Positions 24,952 to 37,654 of a DNA stretch of 64,000 nucleotides are shown one piece after another. The translations under genes and the position numbers were made by a program. Source of the DNA: Octopus sinensis (taxonomy: Eukaryota); NCBI RefSeq assembly GCF_006345805.1, contig NC_043007.1, positions 38,812,001-38,876,000 on the forward strand, given 5' to 3'. Below the pieces are notes generated by a model, which searched no databases, had not been told where the DNA came from, and was given only the letters and a program-made list of their open reading frames with translations. The number at the start of each line of letters is the position of its first letter. The stretch's first letter is position 1.

Positions 24952-26436
24952 TCTCTCTATATATCAAATTCTTTGTCTGTCAGTCTGTTCCCTATGCATT
25001 CTCAAACGGCTCCACCAAATCAAATCAAATTTTACCAGATAAAAGTATTAAACCCCGCGAGTGTCAACATGTAATTTTTATTTTCATTTGCACTAAAACA
25101 ATATAACATTTTATCTAAAATAATCTTTCTATAGTAAAGGGCATTTTATACCACGACAACAACGACGTCACATTTTGTATATATGAGTGGTATGTATGTG
25201 TGTGTGTTTGCGCATTCGTTACGTATGACACAGTAAAGGACATTTTATACCACGATGACGACGACGGCACATTTTGTATATGAGTGTGTATGAGTCTGTC
25301 AGTGTATGTGTGTTTGCGCCTTCCTTACGTACGAGAGCATAAAGGACATTTTATACCACCACCACCACCACTACCACCACCACCACCACCATCGCGACAC
25401 ATTTTGTATATGAGTGTGTATGTGTCTATGAGTGTTGTATGTTTGCGCGTTAGTTACGTACGAGATAGTAAAGGACATTTTATACGACGACGACGATGGG
25501 TGTGTATATGTCTGTGAGTGAGTGTGTGTGTTTGTGCGTTCGTTACGTAAGTGTATATTTGTGTGTCTGTCTTAGTATATATATGTGAGAGTGTATACGT
25601 GAGTCAGTGTTTGTGAGAGTGTATGTGTGATTGTCAATTACACTGATGTAAAGTGGCTATGTGAAAGAGCTATACTGGCTCCAATTAATGAAATGGTTGA
25701 TAAACTCAATCATGAACTTCTTCAAAAGTTAACAGATGCACCAGAAATGACTTTTCTCTCAATTCACGCAACAGTCGATCACGACCACGCTATTCAATAC
25801 CCTGTTGAATTTCTGAACTCACTTAAACTCACTGGGATGCCACCGCATAACTTCACACTAATGCTGGATGCTCCCATTACATTGCGTAGGAATCTTGACC
25901 CACCTCGCCTGTGCAATGGAACCCGCTTAATCGTTACTTTCATGAAGCCCCATGTCCTACAGGCAACAATCATAACAGGTAGTCACAAAGAAGAAAATGT
26001 CTTTATTCCAAAATTTCCTCTCGTACCTACAGATGTTTCATTTAAATTTAAGAGACTTCAGTTTCCAGTCAAACTAAGTTTTGGTATTTCAGCTAACAAA
26101 TCTCAGGGTCAATCCCTCAAGGTAGTTGGACTTCATCTTTCTACTACATGCTTCTCCAACGCCGACTCTATATTGGCTGCTCACGGGTTGGAAGCAGTAA
26201 CAATTTATTCATATGGAAATCAACAAAAAATTACACAATGAATATTGTTTACCCTGAGGTAGTTCGAGATTGACAGATTTTCAGTTCAAAATTCTATTAT
26301 CATTACAATTTGGATATTTTAAAATAAAATATAGATATTTTTAAATAATTAAGAAAAAAATATATCTTCATATTTATTTTTTACTAATCTCAATAAGAGC
26401 AGCAATAACCCGGGCAACACCGGGCAATTCAGCTAG
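24952..26436 (+). mobile_element. Helitron with PIF1-like helicase C-terminal fragment (ORF 25627-26241)
   Basis: ERAILAP...YPVEFLNSL...PPH...RNLDPPRLCNGTRL...RLQFPVKLSFGISANKSQGQSL motifs; 3' CCCGGGCAACACCGGG hairpin and CTAG|T. Confidence 0.85.
25130..25510. repeat. About 100-130 bp VNTR inside a Helitron, 4 units
   Basis: TAAAGGACATTTTATAC anchor with variable (ACG)n/(ACC)n. Confidence 0.85.
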
Positions 26437-26861
26437 TAACGATATATTTGTGACTTTGTGACTGCTCATGACATTGAACGTTGAATTCTTTGGTGATCTT
26501 GTCAAAATATTGCAAAATACAGATAAATGTAGAAAAGGCTGTGAAAGCATTTTTAGATGTAAAATCAAGAAGAAAAAAAATGATAAAGCATGTTTTTCAG
26601 CATCCGTTCTCACCACTTCTTTTGTTCTTATTCTTTAATTTATTATAAAACTTCACTGCAGCTTACGAAAGATCAACAAAATCCTTTGGACTCTCTTTCT
26701 CTCTGTCTCTCTGTCTGCTTCTCTCTCTCTCTCTCACCCATCCTTCAGTCGGTGTTTCTAACAAAAATGTGTTGAGATATAATTGCCAGTATTGCAGACA
26801 CGGTCACCCTCTCTCTCTCTCTCTCTCTCTCTCTGTCTGTCTGTCTCTCTCTGTCTGTCTC

Positions 26862-26952
<91 letters not shown>

Positions 26953-27202
26953 TTATAGTTATATCAAAGGAAGGGTTAAGACGTTATTAACGAGCTTGAA
27001 ATATTTTCTTTAGCTTGTATATTCTATCTAATAAACACTTTATTCGCAATTTTTACTTCTTGTGAAAATCAAATATAAATACACTTGTAAGAAGACCGAA
27101 ATTTAGCTGGCCCGAGGCGCCAACAATTACCAAGACTCGAGTATTTTGTGTGGTCTGAAAGATTTTTAGAGAGAAATGTAAATATTATTTGTTATAACGT
27201 AG

Positions 27203-27400
27203 AGGTGGCGAGCTGGCAGGATCGTTAGCAACGCCGGGCAAAATGCTTAGCAATATTTCATCTGTCTTCGTGTTCTGAGTACAAACAGAGTAGATAAATT
27301 AAGTACCAGTTACACATTGAGGATCGATGTAATCGACTCATCTCCCCCCACCAAATTTTCAGGCCTTGTGCCTGTAGTAGAAAGGATTATTTGTTATAGT
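27203..27400 (+). mobile_element. SINE family C (deleted)
   Basis: Head and tail match; centre missing. Confidence 0.65.
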
Positions 27401-27788
27401 GTGTAACAGATGGAGTATGTTTGACTAATTTATATTTTGTTATTATCAATTTACTTTTTTTTATAAATTGTAAATCTAATATGAAAAATCTCTCAAGGCT
27501 TATGTATTTACTTCTTACCTAATGACTGCATGGTGTGCGCCCTAATCATGCCTATGTATGTATGTGTAATGTCAGAGGCCACTCTTAGTGCTACTGGCAA
27601 AATCTAACCCAGAACAACCTGCCGCATGGTCGGGACGTCAGCGATTATATCGGCAACCCTACCATGCCTGCTTGGTAAGGAGGATGGATTTCGTCGGACA
27701 GCCTGTAGGGCGAAAAGCAAAATCTGTCAAAGGACAGATGAACTCAGTAGAGTCTACAGCCTTCCGACAGGTGGAAATGAGAAACCTC

Positions 27789-28106
27789 GGATCTTTTCAC
27801 TTTGACCGACAGATTTAAAAAATAATTTTTTGTAACTAAACACTTTTAAACTTCGTATACTGGTAGAATGTGTCACATAAAACATCTTTTCCTCTTGGCG
27901 TTCTTGAGAAAATTCTGAAGTTTGTAAGCTGTTTGTTGTTAAATTTCTCGTATTTAGGTAATTTCAACCAATCAATGACGTCTCTTGAGGTGAATACAAT
28001 CACTGCTGTTGTTTGTCAACAAGAACTTCCGGCGGTGTATTTTTCGTTTGTCGAATTAGTTACAAAAAATTATTTTTTAAATCTGCCGGTCAAAGTGAAA
28101 AGATCC
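27789..28106. mobile_element. MITE-like element with 51-bp inverted repeats
   Basis: GGATCTTTTCACTTTGACCG...GTAACTAA at 27789-27839, reverse complement at 28056-28106. Confidence 0.65.
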
Positions 28107-28687
28107 AAAACCCCTAAACTTTGTTTAGACAAAGAAATTCCAAAATACTACACGCTCATTGTAAAGCCGGAAATTTTGCCCTTGCTTGTTTCTCGACTAC
28201 TTGGCTTTGCAAGTGAGAATCTTGGCGGTATTGTGCAGGGTGTTGTTAACATTAAATTTTAGCACGAACGTGGCTGACAGCCATTTTCATTAACGTCTAC
28301 GATAAGAGAATTTGTTAGTGATGGTCACACTAATCAACGAGCTGATACCCACTATATATGTGCTTTTGTATGTCGTTATTCAGTTTTATTTCACGATTAC
28401 TTGCCAATAGAAAAGGAGCCGGTTTCTAACCTAGACCCAAGGCTCCTTCATTGGAATTTCAACATCAACAGGGTATGTATGTAAGTATGTATGTATGTAT
28501 GTATGTATGTATGTATGTATGTATGTATGTATGTATGTATGTATGTATACGTGCAGATTTGTATGCATATAGTTGCATGTTTATATATGCTCGTATATAC
28601 TTATGTATGTATATATGTATGTATGTATTTATGTATGTGCACGTGAGTGTATATATATATGTACGCGAGTATGTGCGTATTTATGTT

Positions 28688-28708
28688 CTAGTAGCAGCAG
28701 CAGCAGCC

Positions 28709-28770
<62 letters not shown>

Positions 28771-28890
28771 TGTGGTGGTGGTGGTGGTGGTGGTGGTGGT
28801 GGTAGTAGTAGTAGTGGTGGTGGTGGTGGTGGTAGTAGTAGTAGTAGTGGTGGTGGTGGTGATTGTGGTGGTGGTGGTGGTGGTGGTTAT
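28688..28890. repeat. Compound (GCA)/(GTA)/(GTG) trinucleotide tract
   Basis: Read directly. Confidence 0.95.
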
Positions 28891-29036
28891 TCAATTAGAT
28901 TAAGTTCCAATAATATGATATATACACAGCCGAGTCTGTGAGGCAAGGTGGTGATGGACTTTTAGTATTACACAAATACAAATGCACGCAGGCGCTCACA
29001 CACACACGCACACACAAACACACACACACACGCACA

Positions 29037-29067
<31 letters not shown>

Positions 29068-29283
29068 GCACATACACGCACACACACGCACACACACACA
29101 CACACACATGAACGCGCGCATACAAACAGCCACCCACTGACAGATACATACATATGGAAATACTTCATAACAGTTGCTGACTGTTTATAAACTGTTTAAT
29201 CATCTCAAGGACTTTCATAGGGTGTTTGTGCACGTGCGTATGTGTGTATATATATGTATATACATATTATACATATATGTATA

Positions 29284-29367
<84 letters not shown>

Positions 29368-29419
29368 GTGATTGAAGAAATGGAGCTGAACGCAGATTGA
29401 ACCGAAATCGTTTTATTTC

Positions 29420-29498
29420 ATCTACACGTGTTTCGAAAGGCACAAATTACCAAAATCCGATTGAATAATGGGACCATATTGTGTCTTTCTCTTCAGAA
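29420..29498 (-). ncRNA. Type I hammerhead ribozyme inside a fold-back palindrome
   Basis: CUGAAGA-GAAAGACACA...UGUGCCUUUC-GAAA-CACGUG-UA-GAUG; palindromic stem III ACACGUGU, GUA triplet, weak stem I. Confidence 0.75.
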
Positions 29499-29860
29499 GA
29501 AAAAGACACATATGGTCCCATTATTCAATCGGATTTTGGTAATTTGTGCCTTTCGAAACACGTGTAGATGAAATAAAACGATTTCGGTTCAATCTGCGTT
29601 CAGCTCCATTTCTTCAATTCACCAATAATGTTTTAATTTCAATTATCCGCACCAGCGCACGGTTGCAACGCCAGATGGTTGTACCTCCAACCGTGCTGTT
29701 TCTGCTGTGATTTTGCTACTAAGGTATCGGTAACTTTTGATAATCTACAACAAGATTATTCATCTTTCTATTTCACATAAATATATATATATATATATGT
29801 ATATTTATATATATATAATATATATGTATACATATATGTATATATATATATACATATATG

Positions 29861-29909
<49 letters not shown>

Positions 29910-30040
29910 ATATGTATGTATGTATGTATGTATATATACATTATACATATATATATATGTGTATATTATATATATTATATATATATATATTATATATATA
30001 TATATATATAATATAATATTGCATTATATTGTATAGTATA

Positions 30041-30095
<55 letters not shown>

Positions 30096-30394
30096 CTTGT
30101 CTATATATATATGTATATGTTATGGTATATTATATATGTGTGTGTGTGTGTGTGGTATACAGAATATGTAAGGAGTTGTCAGCAACTGACTTAAAGTAAT
30201 AGGTATGCACTATGAATGCTCTGTTTGGTTTCAATCCGGTTTGAATTGCATCTAGACGTGTGATGTTGAAATTACCTATCAGTAGCGGCTATAGGTGGGT
30301 TTTCTTTGAGCAGAGAGGTATAGGTATAAATTAAAGGAAAAACGAAAAAGCAAACCGTTTGACATCAACGGTTTGTATTTTCATTTTTACTCTA

Positions 30395-30500
<106 letters not shown>

Positions 30501-31121
30501 TTATCTATCTATCTATCTACCTATCTATCGATCTATATATATATACGTACATAATACATACGCACACAGACAAACACACACACACACACGTGCACACACA
30601 TACACACACACACATACATTTATGAATAAGAAAAGAACTTATGGTGAAAAGAACGCATGGTGTAGTTATGATGAATCAGTTTCATGTACAAAAGATATAC
30701 ACACGATCTGCAAGGCAACATTTGTTTAATGGCTGAAGTTGTGACCACAGATAAATAGATTTTCGTTGATCAAGGTAGGACACCTGGCCAAATATGTAAC
30801 AGACTAGAAATATTAGTGGCTGCATTGCTATGGTTTAAGGGAAACCACCATGTCCTGACGTTCAATCATTAAGGAACAACTATTCCATGACACTTATTAG
30901 ATCTGATGGCTCTGAATTTGAGCTGGTAGGCCCTTGTTTTTGAAGGTGCATGGATGCCGCCTCAAAAGAATTTTCTCTGATGACGACATTTAGATAATCG
31001 TATCTGGTTAAGTGATATCGCTGGCTGTTTGCACAGCTTCACCATTTCGATTAGGCAAAGCATGAAGTCTCAGGATACTTGTATTTTGGTGTGGCAGTGC
31101 AGCCAGAAGTATTTCTAGTGA

Positions 31122-31440
31122 TGGTGCGTGGCTTAGTGGTTAGGGCATTCGGCTCACGATTGTAAGGTCGTGAGTTCGATTCCCGGCGACGCGTTTTGTC
31201 CTTGAGCAAGACACTTTATTTCACGTTGCTCCAATCCACTCAGCTGGCAAAAATGAGTTGTACCTGTATTTCAAAGGGCCGGCCTTGTCACACTCTGTGT
31301 CACGCTGAATCTCCCTGAGAACTACGTTAGATGTACACGTGTCTGTGGATTGCTCAGCCACTTGCACTTTAATTTCACGAGCAGGCTGTTCCATTGATCG
31401 TATCAGCTGGGACTCTTGTCATCGTAACCGACGGAGTGCT
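31122..31440 (+). mobile_element. SINE family B
   Basis: Full-length match to 10832. Confidence 0.8.
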
Positions 31441-31715
31441 CCTACTTGTAACGGTTCATATGATTCGAAGAGATTCCTGTTCTTGGTCTCTGAATTTCCA
31501 GATACACTTCGGAAAAGATGTAGTGTTTTTCCTTATCCTTTGAACCGAATGTGTATAGGCGCTAGTAATAACTGTGTTTGAAATGAAATTTCCAGGTCAT
31601 TGCTTTTGATACTGTCCAGGGGCATCATAGAACTCTTGTTTCTTTTATATCAATCTACCAAGCTGTTAACATTCTATTTTATAGACGTCATACATTTGTT
31701 GTTTCTTTCATACAG

Positions 31716-31926
31716 ATCGATTACGATTACCAAGGAGATTCTCCTAAAGAAGAAGACACTTCAAGTTCACAAGAAGCTTGTCCGTCGGTATCAAAAACCT
31801 ACTCACAATCTGCCTGCCAACAGTCCCAATGCAAGACAGACCAGGACTGCAAAAACAACAAGCACAAACGTTGCTGTTTTAATGGTTGCATCTACACATG
31901 TACACAACCAATCGATGAGCCTGCTT
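31716..31926 (+). CDS. WFDC1: WFDC1-like exon 2: WAP four-disulfide core domain
   Basis: tctttcatacag acceptor, GTGAGT donor. IDYDYQ...ACPSVSKTYSQSACQQSQCKTDQDCKNNKHKRCCFNGCIYTCTQPIDEPA has 8 Cys in WAP spacing and the RCCxNGC motif of ps20. Confidence 0.92.
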
Positions 31927-32199
31927 GTGAGTGTCAAATTTTTCCACTTTTTAAGAAATAATTTTAATACACCCTTCTTCACATAAGATTTAGGAGTTCG
32001 TCTAGCTTTCATTTTATGACTTTAATAACTGTTTTTAATTTAGGCATGATGTCAGTAGTTTCAAGAGGAGGGGGCTCAGTTGATATCACCGATTCCAGTA
32101 CTTGAAACGATAAAAGGCAAAGTCGACCTCGGTGGGATATGAACTCAGAACACCAAGAACCAATATCGCAAAGCATTTTCGACACCCTAATGATGATGT

Positions 32200-32610
32200 A
32201 AATCCACGATCCGTTTTACCAATCCACGGCCCTTCCTGCCATTACGCGAGCTTCCTAATAATCCACGGCCCTTTCTACTGATCTATGACCCTTTCTATCA
32301 ATTCACCGCTCTTCCTGTCAATCCATGACCTTCCTGCCAATCCATGACCTTTCTGTCAATCCAAAGCCCTTTCTATCTCTCAATTGTCTTCCCTGCCAAT
32401 CCACCGCCGTTCCTGACAATCTACCACCTTCTTGCCAGCCTGCCGCTACTTCTACCAATTTACTGCCCTTCCTGCCAATTCACTACCTTTTCCACTAACT
32501 CACCACCCTTCCTGCCAATTCACCATCTTTTCTATCAATTCACAGCCGTCCCTGCCAATCCAAGGACTTTTCTACTAATCTACCGCTCTTTCTGCCAATC
32601 TACCGCCAAC
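32200..32610. repeat. Degenerate about 20-bp minisatellite (AATCCACNGCCCTTCCTGCC), about 20 units
   Basis: Recurring C(C/T)TTCCTGCCAAT motif. Confidence 0.8.
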
Positions 32611-33061
32611 GATTTTCACTGAATTTACAATTGCACACATGAAATCAATGAGTCAGTTTATATATGTAGATTCTCTTATATTTTATGATTTAAACATTTG
32701 TAAATATGCATACATATAATTGATCAAACAGTATGTGTCAGAGTGGGCCTTCCCTTGCCTTTTTATATTAACAAATGCATTTACAGTGGTATACAAAATC
32801 TATGAGTTATATTCTGTTTAATCTTATCGGTCTTACAATTTCAGGGATGGCACGTTGGTCAAGTGCTTTTCTTTTGTCAATCTACATGATTAACCATCAG
32901 CATTGTTAGTGAAATAGTTTAACAGGAAATTTGTAAAAATATAAAAAAGATCTTGGATGTAAGCTCGGATGCGTCTAGACACACACACACAATACACAAA
33001 TGTATATGTATATGCACACATGAGTATTTATATATACATATACATGTACATATTACATGTG

Positions 33062-33106
<45 letters not shown>

Positions 33107-33327
33107 CCCTCCTTCTTCCCTTCTTCCTGAGCGTCCAATAATACTTTATTTGTTCCACATCCTTGCGTTGTTGTTTTTGTTTTCTTGTTTGGATTAACTT
33201 TATATATATATATATAAGATATATATATATATATAGACAGTTAATCCAAACAAGAAAACACAGCAACGCGAGGACGTGGAACAAATAAAGTATTATTGGA
33301 CGCTCAGGAAAGAAGGGAAGAAGGAGG

Positions 33328-33362
33328 GTTTAACGTTTCGAGCGGAGCTCTTCGTCGGAAAC
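33328..33362 (-). ncRNA. Minimal hammerhead-like motif (same family as 12035)
   Basis: GUUU-CCGACGA-A-GAGC-UCC-GCUC-GAAA-CG-UU-AAAC. Confidence 0.55.
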
Positions 33363-33444
33363 AAAGGAGAAGGAAAGATCCCGAGAAGGGAAGACAGAGG
33401 AAAAAAAATTGCTGGCGGTGCTCACGAGGTCACATGTTGAAAGA

Positions 33445-33479
<35 letters not shown>

Positions 33480-34089
33480 AGAATTAAAGAATGGAGTAAA
33501 TAAGATCAGAACCTTGGAAGTGGTAAATATCCAAGTGAGGTGTGTACCGCAGGTTACTCTTCAGGCCAAAGCTATCATTATTAAATGAAAGTTTACACAT
33601 ACATACATACATACATACATACATACATACATACATACATACATACATACATACACACACATACATACACGCACACACTCACATACATATATATATATAT
33701 ATATACACACATGAATATTTATATTTAATCAAGATATCCTTGGCCTAAAAAGTAGCTTGCAGTATACATCTCGCCTGGATATTTACCACTTTCGAAGTTC
33801 CGCTCGCCATGAAACATATGTAACCTGTAATCTTATCAACTCCATTACATAACTCTTGTATTCTTATTCGCATCCGCGACAAACCTGATTGCCTACTGTG
33901 AAATATAAAAAGAACTTTTTTTCAATTTATCGTACTTCGATAAGAAAAAAACACAACTTTCCGTCTCAATAAACCACTATTTCCCTGAAAGTTGTTTTTT
34001 TTAATATTTACTACGGATTGCTTGAAGCTAACTTTCCTCCTACACCTCGATCCTTGGATCATATAAACACATAATACATACATACATAT

Positions 34090-34160
<71 letters not shown>

Positions 34161-34233
34161 ATATTAATAATAATAAAAGGGTAAAATTGATTAAATTAGC
34201 TGACCCCTAATTATAATTATGTTTATAATTATA

Positions 34234-34267
<34 letters not shown>

Positions 34268-34524
34268 CATGAAAAGTCAGATTGAACCTTGCTTGCTTGC
34301 AATGTTACTCTGCCAAACTGGCGCATAGTAGGAAAATACTATGAATAAAGGTAGCCCTTTAATGTTAATATGAACGGAATGAAACAAGTGGTTTTTGAGA
34401 TATTAGGGGTTTTCAGGGTATAAATACCCCAAAACTGTGCATAATGGGAAATATTCCGAAAACAACTTAATCCTGATGACCCAATGGTTACGGGTAGTCT
34501 AATCTAGTATGCATATATATATAT

Positions 34525-34610
<86 letters not shown>

Positions 34611-34811
34611 ATAAAATTAGGGAATAAATCCAAACTTACAGGGAAAAATCAGATTTAGGATTGAATCCAATTTTATAGTAAAATATTATTATATTAAATT
34701 AGAGACAAAACCACTATTAGGCAAATCAAACAATGAAAGACTTAAGCCAATACATATGATTAATTTATATTATTTAAATATGTAACAATTATTAAAAAAT
34801 ATAATTAATAT

Positions 34812-34874
34812 CCACTACGATCGTTTCCTGCCTGCTGTCTTTAAATTTTTGAGTCGCAGTCATTCATCAGGTAA
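34812..34874 (-). ncRNA. Type I hammerhead ribozyme between 89-bp inverted repeats
   Basis: UUAC-CUGAUGA-AUGACUGC...GCAGGCAG-GAAA-CGAUCG-UA-GUGG; palindromic stem III ACGAUCGU, stem II 6/8 paired. Confidence 0.7.
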
Positions 34875-34965
34875 ATAATATAAATAATATAAATTAATCA
34901 TATGTATTGGCTTAAGTCTTTCATTGTTTGATTTGCCTAATAGTGGTTTTGTCTCTAATTTAATA

Positions 34966-35037
<72 letters not shown>

Positions 35038-36030
35038 AGTTCCTTTGGTTTGTGTCTATGTTTTCGTTTCTCTTTGTGTTTGACGTCCCTTTGGTGTCCT
35101 GTACTCATATATGCGTGTATATGTACATGTAGAGGTAGGTACGTACATATATGTTTATATATATGCATATGTTTTATTTCATTTATTAATATATTATATG
35201 ACTAAACGCACGCACCCCCTTAAGTAAGATTGTTCTGTATATCAAGTTTTGGTCTTGATATTAACTCTGACGCGCACTCTTCACCTTTCTGTCCCATCCC
35301 TATTCTTTGATTTTCTTTTTCCTCTACTTAACTTGTCTCTTCCTCTCTCTCTCATTCTTCACTCTCTCTCTCCCCTCACCATTCTTCATGGTTTCCTCGC
35401 AGCCATTCCCCTTCTTCTCTCCCTTCCTCTTGCTCCTCCTCCCCCTTCCCGTCGTCCACCCGCGACGATACTTCCGCTCTGACTGTCTTTCTGGCCTGGC
35501 CTTTCAAGGTAACTGGACGACATTCTTCCTGCTCCCCTGTCGTTCACAAAAAATTCTGCGTTTGCAATACTTTTTTCGCTCGGCGTCGACAGCCCTTCTT
35601 ATCTTGTTTTTCCTTGTCCTGTCTTTTACTGTTTATATTTTTGTACTGTCGTTACTGTCCTGTTTTTTTCCCATTTTTTTACCATTTTTTACCCCTCTGC
35701 GAAAAGATCTCAGAATTTTAATTGATTTGCTTTTCGCAGGAAGGAAAGTTTCTTGTCGAAGATACGTCTCGCTTTTATCCTTCGAAACGTAGAGTAGATG
35801 AAACCATAGCGACTGAAGAAGGGTTTTTTCTTTGTGTTAATTGTCCTGCACTCCGTTTTTTGTTGTTTTTAAAAAAATGTCCAGTTCCTTTGGTTTGTGT
35901 CTATGTTTTCGTTTCTCTTTGTGTTCGACGTCCCTTTGGTGTCCTGTACTCATATATGCGTGTATATGTACATGTAAAGGTAGGTACGTACATATATGTT
36001 TATATATATGCATATGTTTTATTTCATTTA

Positions 36031-36069
<39 letters not shown>

Positions 36070-36080
36070 GTATATATTTA

Positions 36081-36888
36081 AAAGGGTATGATCAATAAGT
36101 ATCCGGACTGTTGCCATAGTGACGAAGCTAAAGCGCGCAGAGTGAAACCGCTCGGAAGAGTTTGACCTTGATTTCTGCTGTATATGTGCATTAAGTTTTA
36201 ACGTTCTAGCTCATTTCCACCGTTTACAACAGTGCTTCGAAGGAAAATGTATAGCGTGTGACCGTTGTCGCATTGACCATGGCAGAGAAAGTTGTCATGG
36301 CGATACCTGCTCAGAGGTCTACGCAGAGTTGCAGAAAGTGTATGGAGAGGAGTGTATGAGCCGCACACAAGTGTACGTTTCCAAGATGGCCGAAAAATGT
36401 CGATATTGATGAACGTTCTGGGAGACCCGCAACCAGCCAGAGAATGTGCAGATTAGTTACGGTTCAGTTTAGTCCATTACCACTAAATATTTGGACATGA
36501 GACGCGTGCTGCCAAGTTTGTGCCAAAACTGCTTTCAGCTGACCAAAAGGACTCTCGGGTTTGAGTTGCACAAAATATCCTTCATTGTGTTGAGAACGAT
36601 GAAAAATTTTTGGTAACTTTGCGTAGGCCCCTGAGCAGGTATCGCCAAGCTTTTGACAAAATTTGATGCAGATTCTCTGCTCAACTTTCTCTGTCATTGT
36701 CAATGCGACGATCACACGCTACACACCTTCCTTCGGAGCACTGCTATAAACAGCGGAAGTGAGCTACAACGTTAAAACTTAGTGCGCATGCACAGCAGAG
36801 TACAAGGTCAATCGGTGCCAAGCAGTTCACTTTGTGTGTTTAGCTTCGTTAGTACGGCAACAGTCCGTATACTTATTGATCAGACGAC
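36081..36888. mobile_element. Mariner-like element made of two opposed 5' halves
   Basis: TIR-like GATCAATAAGTATCCGGACTGTTGCC at both ends. Plus strand encodes ...VYGEECMSRTQVY...AKFVPKLL; minus strand encodes MTEKVEQRICIKFCQKLG. Confidence 0.78.
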
Positions 36889-36919
36889 ACACACACCACA
36901 CACACACACACACACACAC

Positions 36920-36997
<78 letters not shown>

Positions 36998-37178
36998 ATA
37001 TATATATACCGGAGTATGCACATAAATGTGAAGCAAGGTGGAAAAAAGAGTACTCAAATACCAGAGGTAGAGTAATATGCTTTATTTAAAAGCAGCAGTA
37101 ATATAACAAAATGTGTTACTCGGAGTTTCACGTTCCCATTCGCCGGACAGTTTTGTTAAATGTATATATATATTTTGC

Positions 37179-37210
<32 letters not shown>

Positions 37211-37326
37211 GTGTGTGTTTGTGTGTGTGTATGTGTGTATGTGTGTGTATGTATTTCAAAATGTAACCACATGTGAATCGTTGGCGATTTTCTTCCTCCG
37301 TCTTCCTTTCTACTAGACTTTCCTCT

Positions 37327-37358
37327 GTTTCTGAAGAGCGTTGCTCGAAACGTTAAGC
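37327..37358 (+). ncRNA. Defective hammerhead motif
   Basis: GUUU-CUGAA-GAGC-GUU-GCUC-GAAA-CG-UU-AAGC; about 3 nt missing between core and stem II relative to the 12035/33328 family. Confidence 0.45.
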
Positions 37359-37470
37359 CATCTTTCTTTCCTTCGCTTTACATTACCATTTCGTCGTCTT
37401 AACGTAAAGACGGACGAAATGCTGCTGAGCATTTCGTCCGTCGTGCTAACAATTCTGCCAGCTCACCGTC

Positions 37471-37503
<33 letters not shown>

Positions 37504-37654
37504 TTTACTTCATTTTTTTCACAAGGGCAGCTTGGGGGAGATGGGAATGAGGTGGGCTGCTCGGTCCTGGCTAAGGAGGAATATATTCACAGACATGATA
37601 GAATTGGGACCTATATACACTGGAAGCTATGCCAACGCCATGTAATGACAACAG

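Noticed and set aside
24181-25510. CRISPR-like repeat-spacer arrays
   Set aside because: Eukaryotic context, no unique constant-length spacers, no cas genes.
25627-26241. Host PIF1 helicase gene
   Set aside because: Enclosed by Helitron TC and hairpin-CTAG termini, lacks the N-terminal motifs and frameshifts at the end.
28451-28941. Poly-Val, poly-Ser/Gly and poly-His/Tyr ORFs
   Set aside because: A stop-free trinucleotide tract; no splice or homology support.
31716-31926. Anosmin-1/KAL1 or WFIKKN identity for the WAP exon
   Set aside because: No FN3, Kazal or Kunitz exons seen; downstream exons match WFDC1-specific motifs.
35778-35823. Permuted hammerhead (CCTTC-GAAA-CG-TA...CTGAAGAAGG)
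   Set aside because: Stem I does not pair, and stem II pairs only by consuming core G8-A9.
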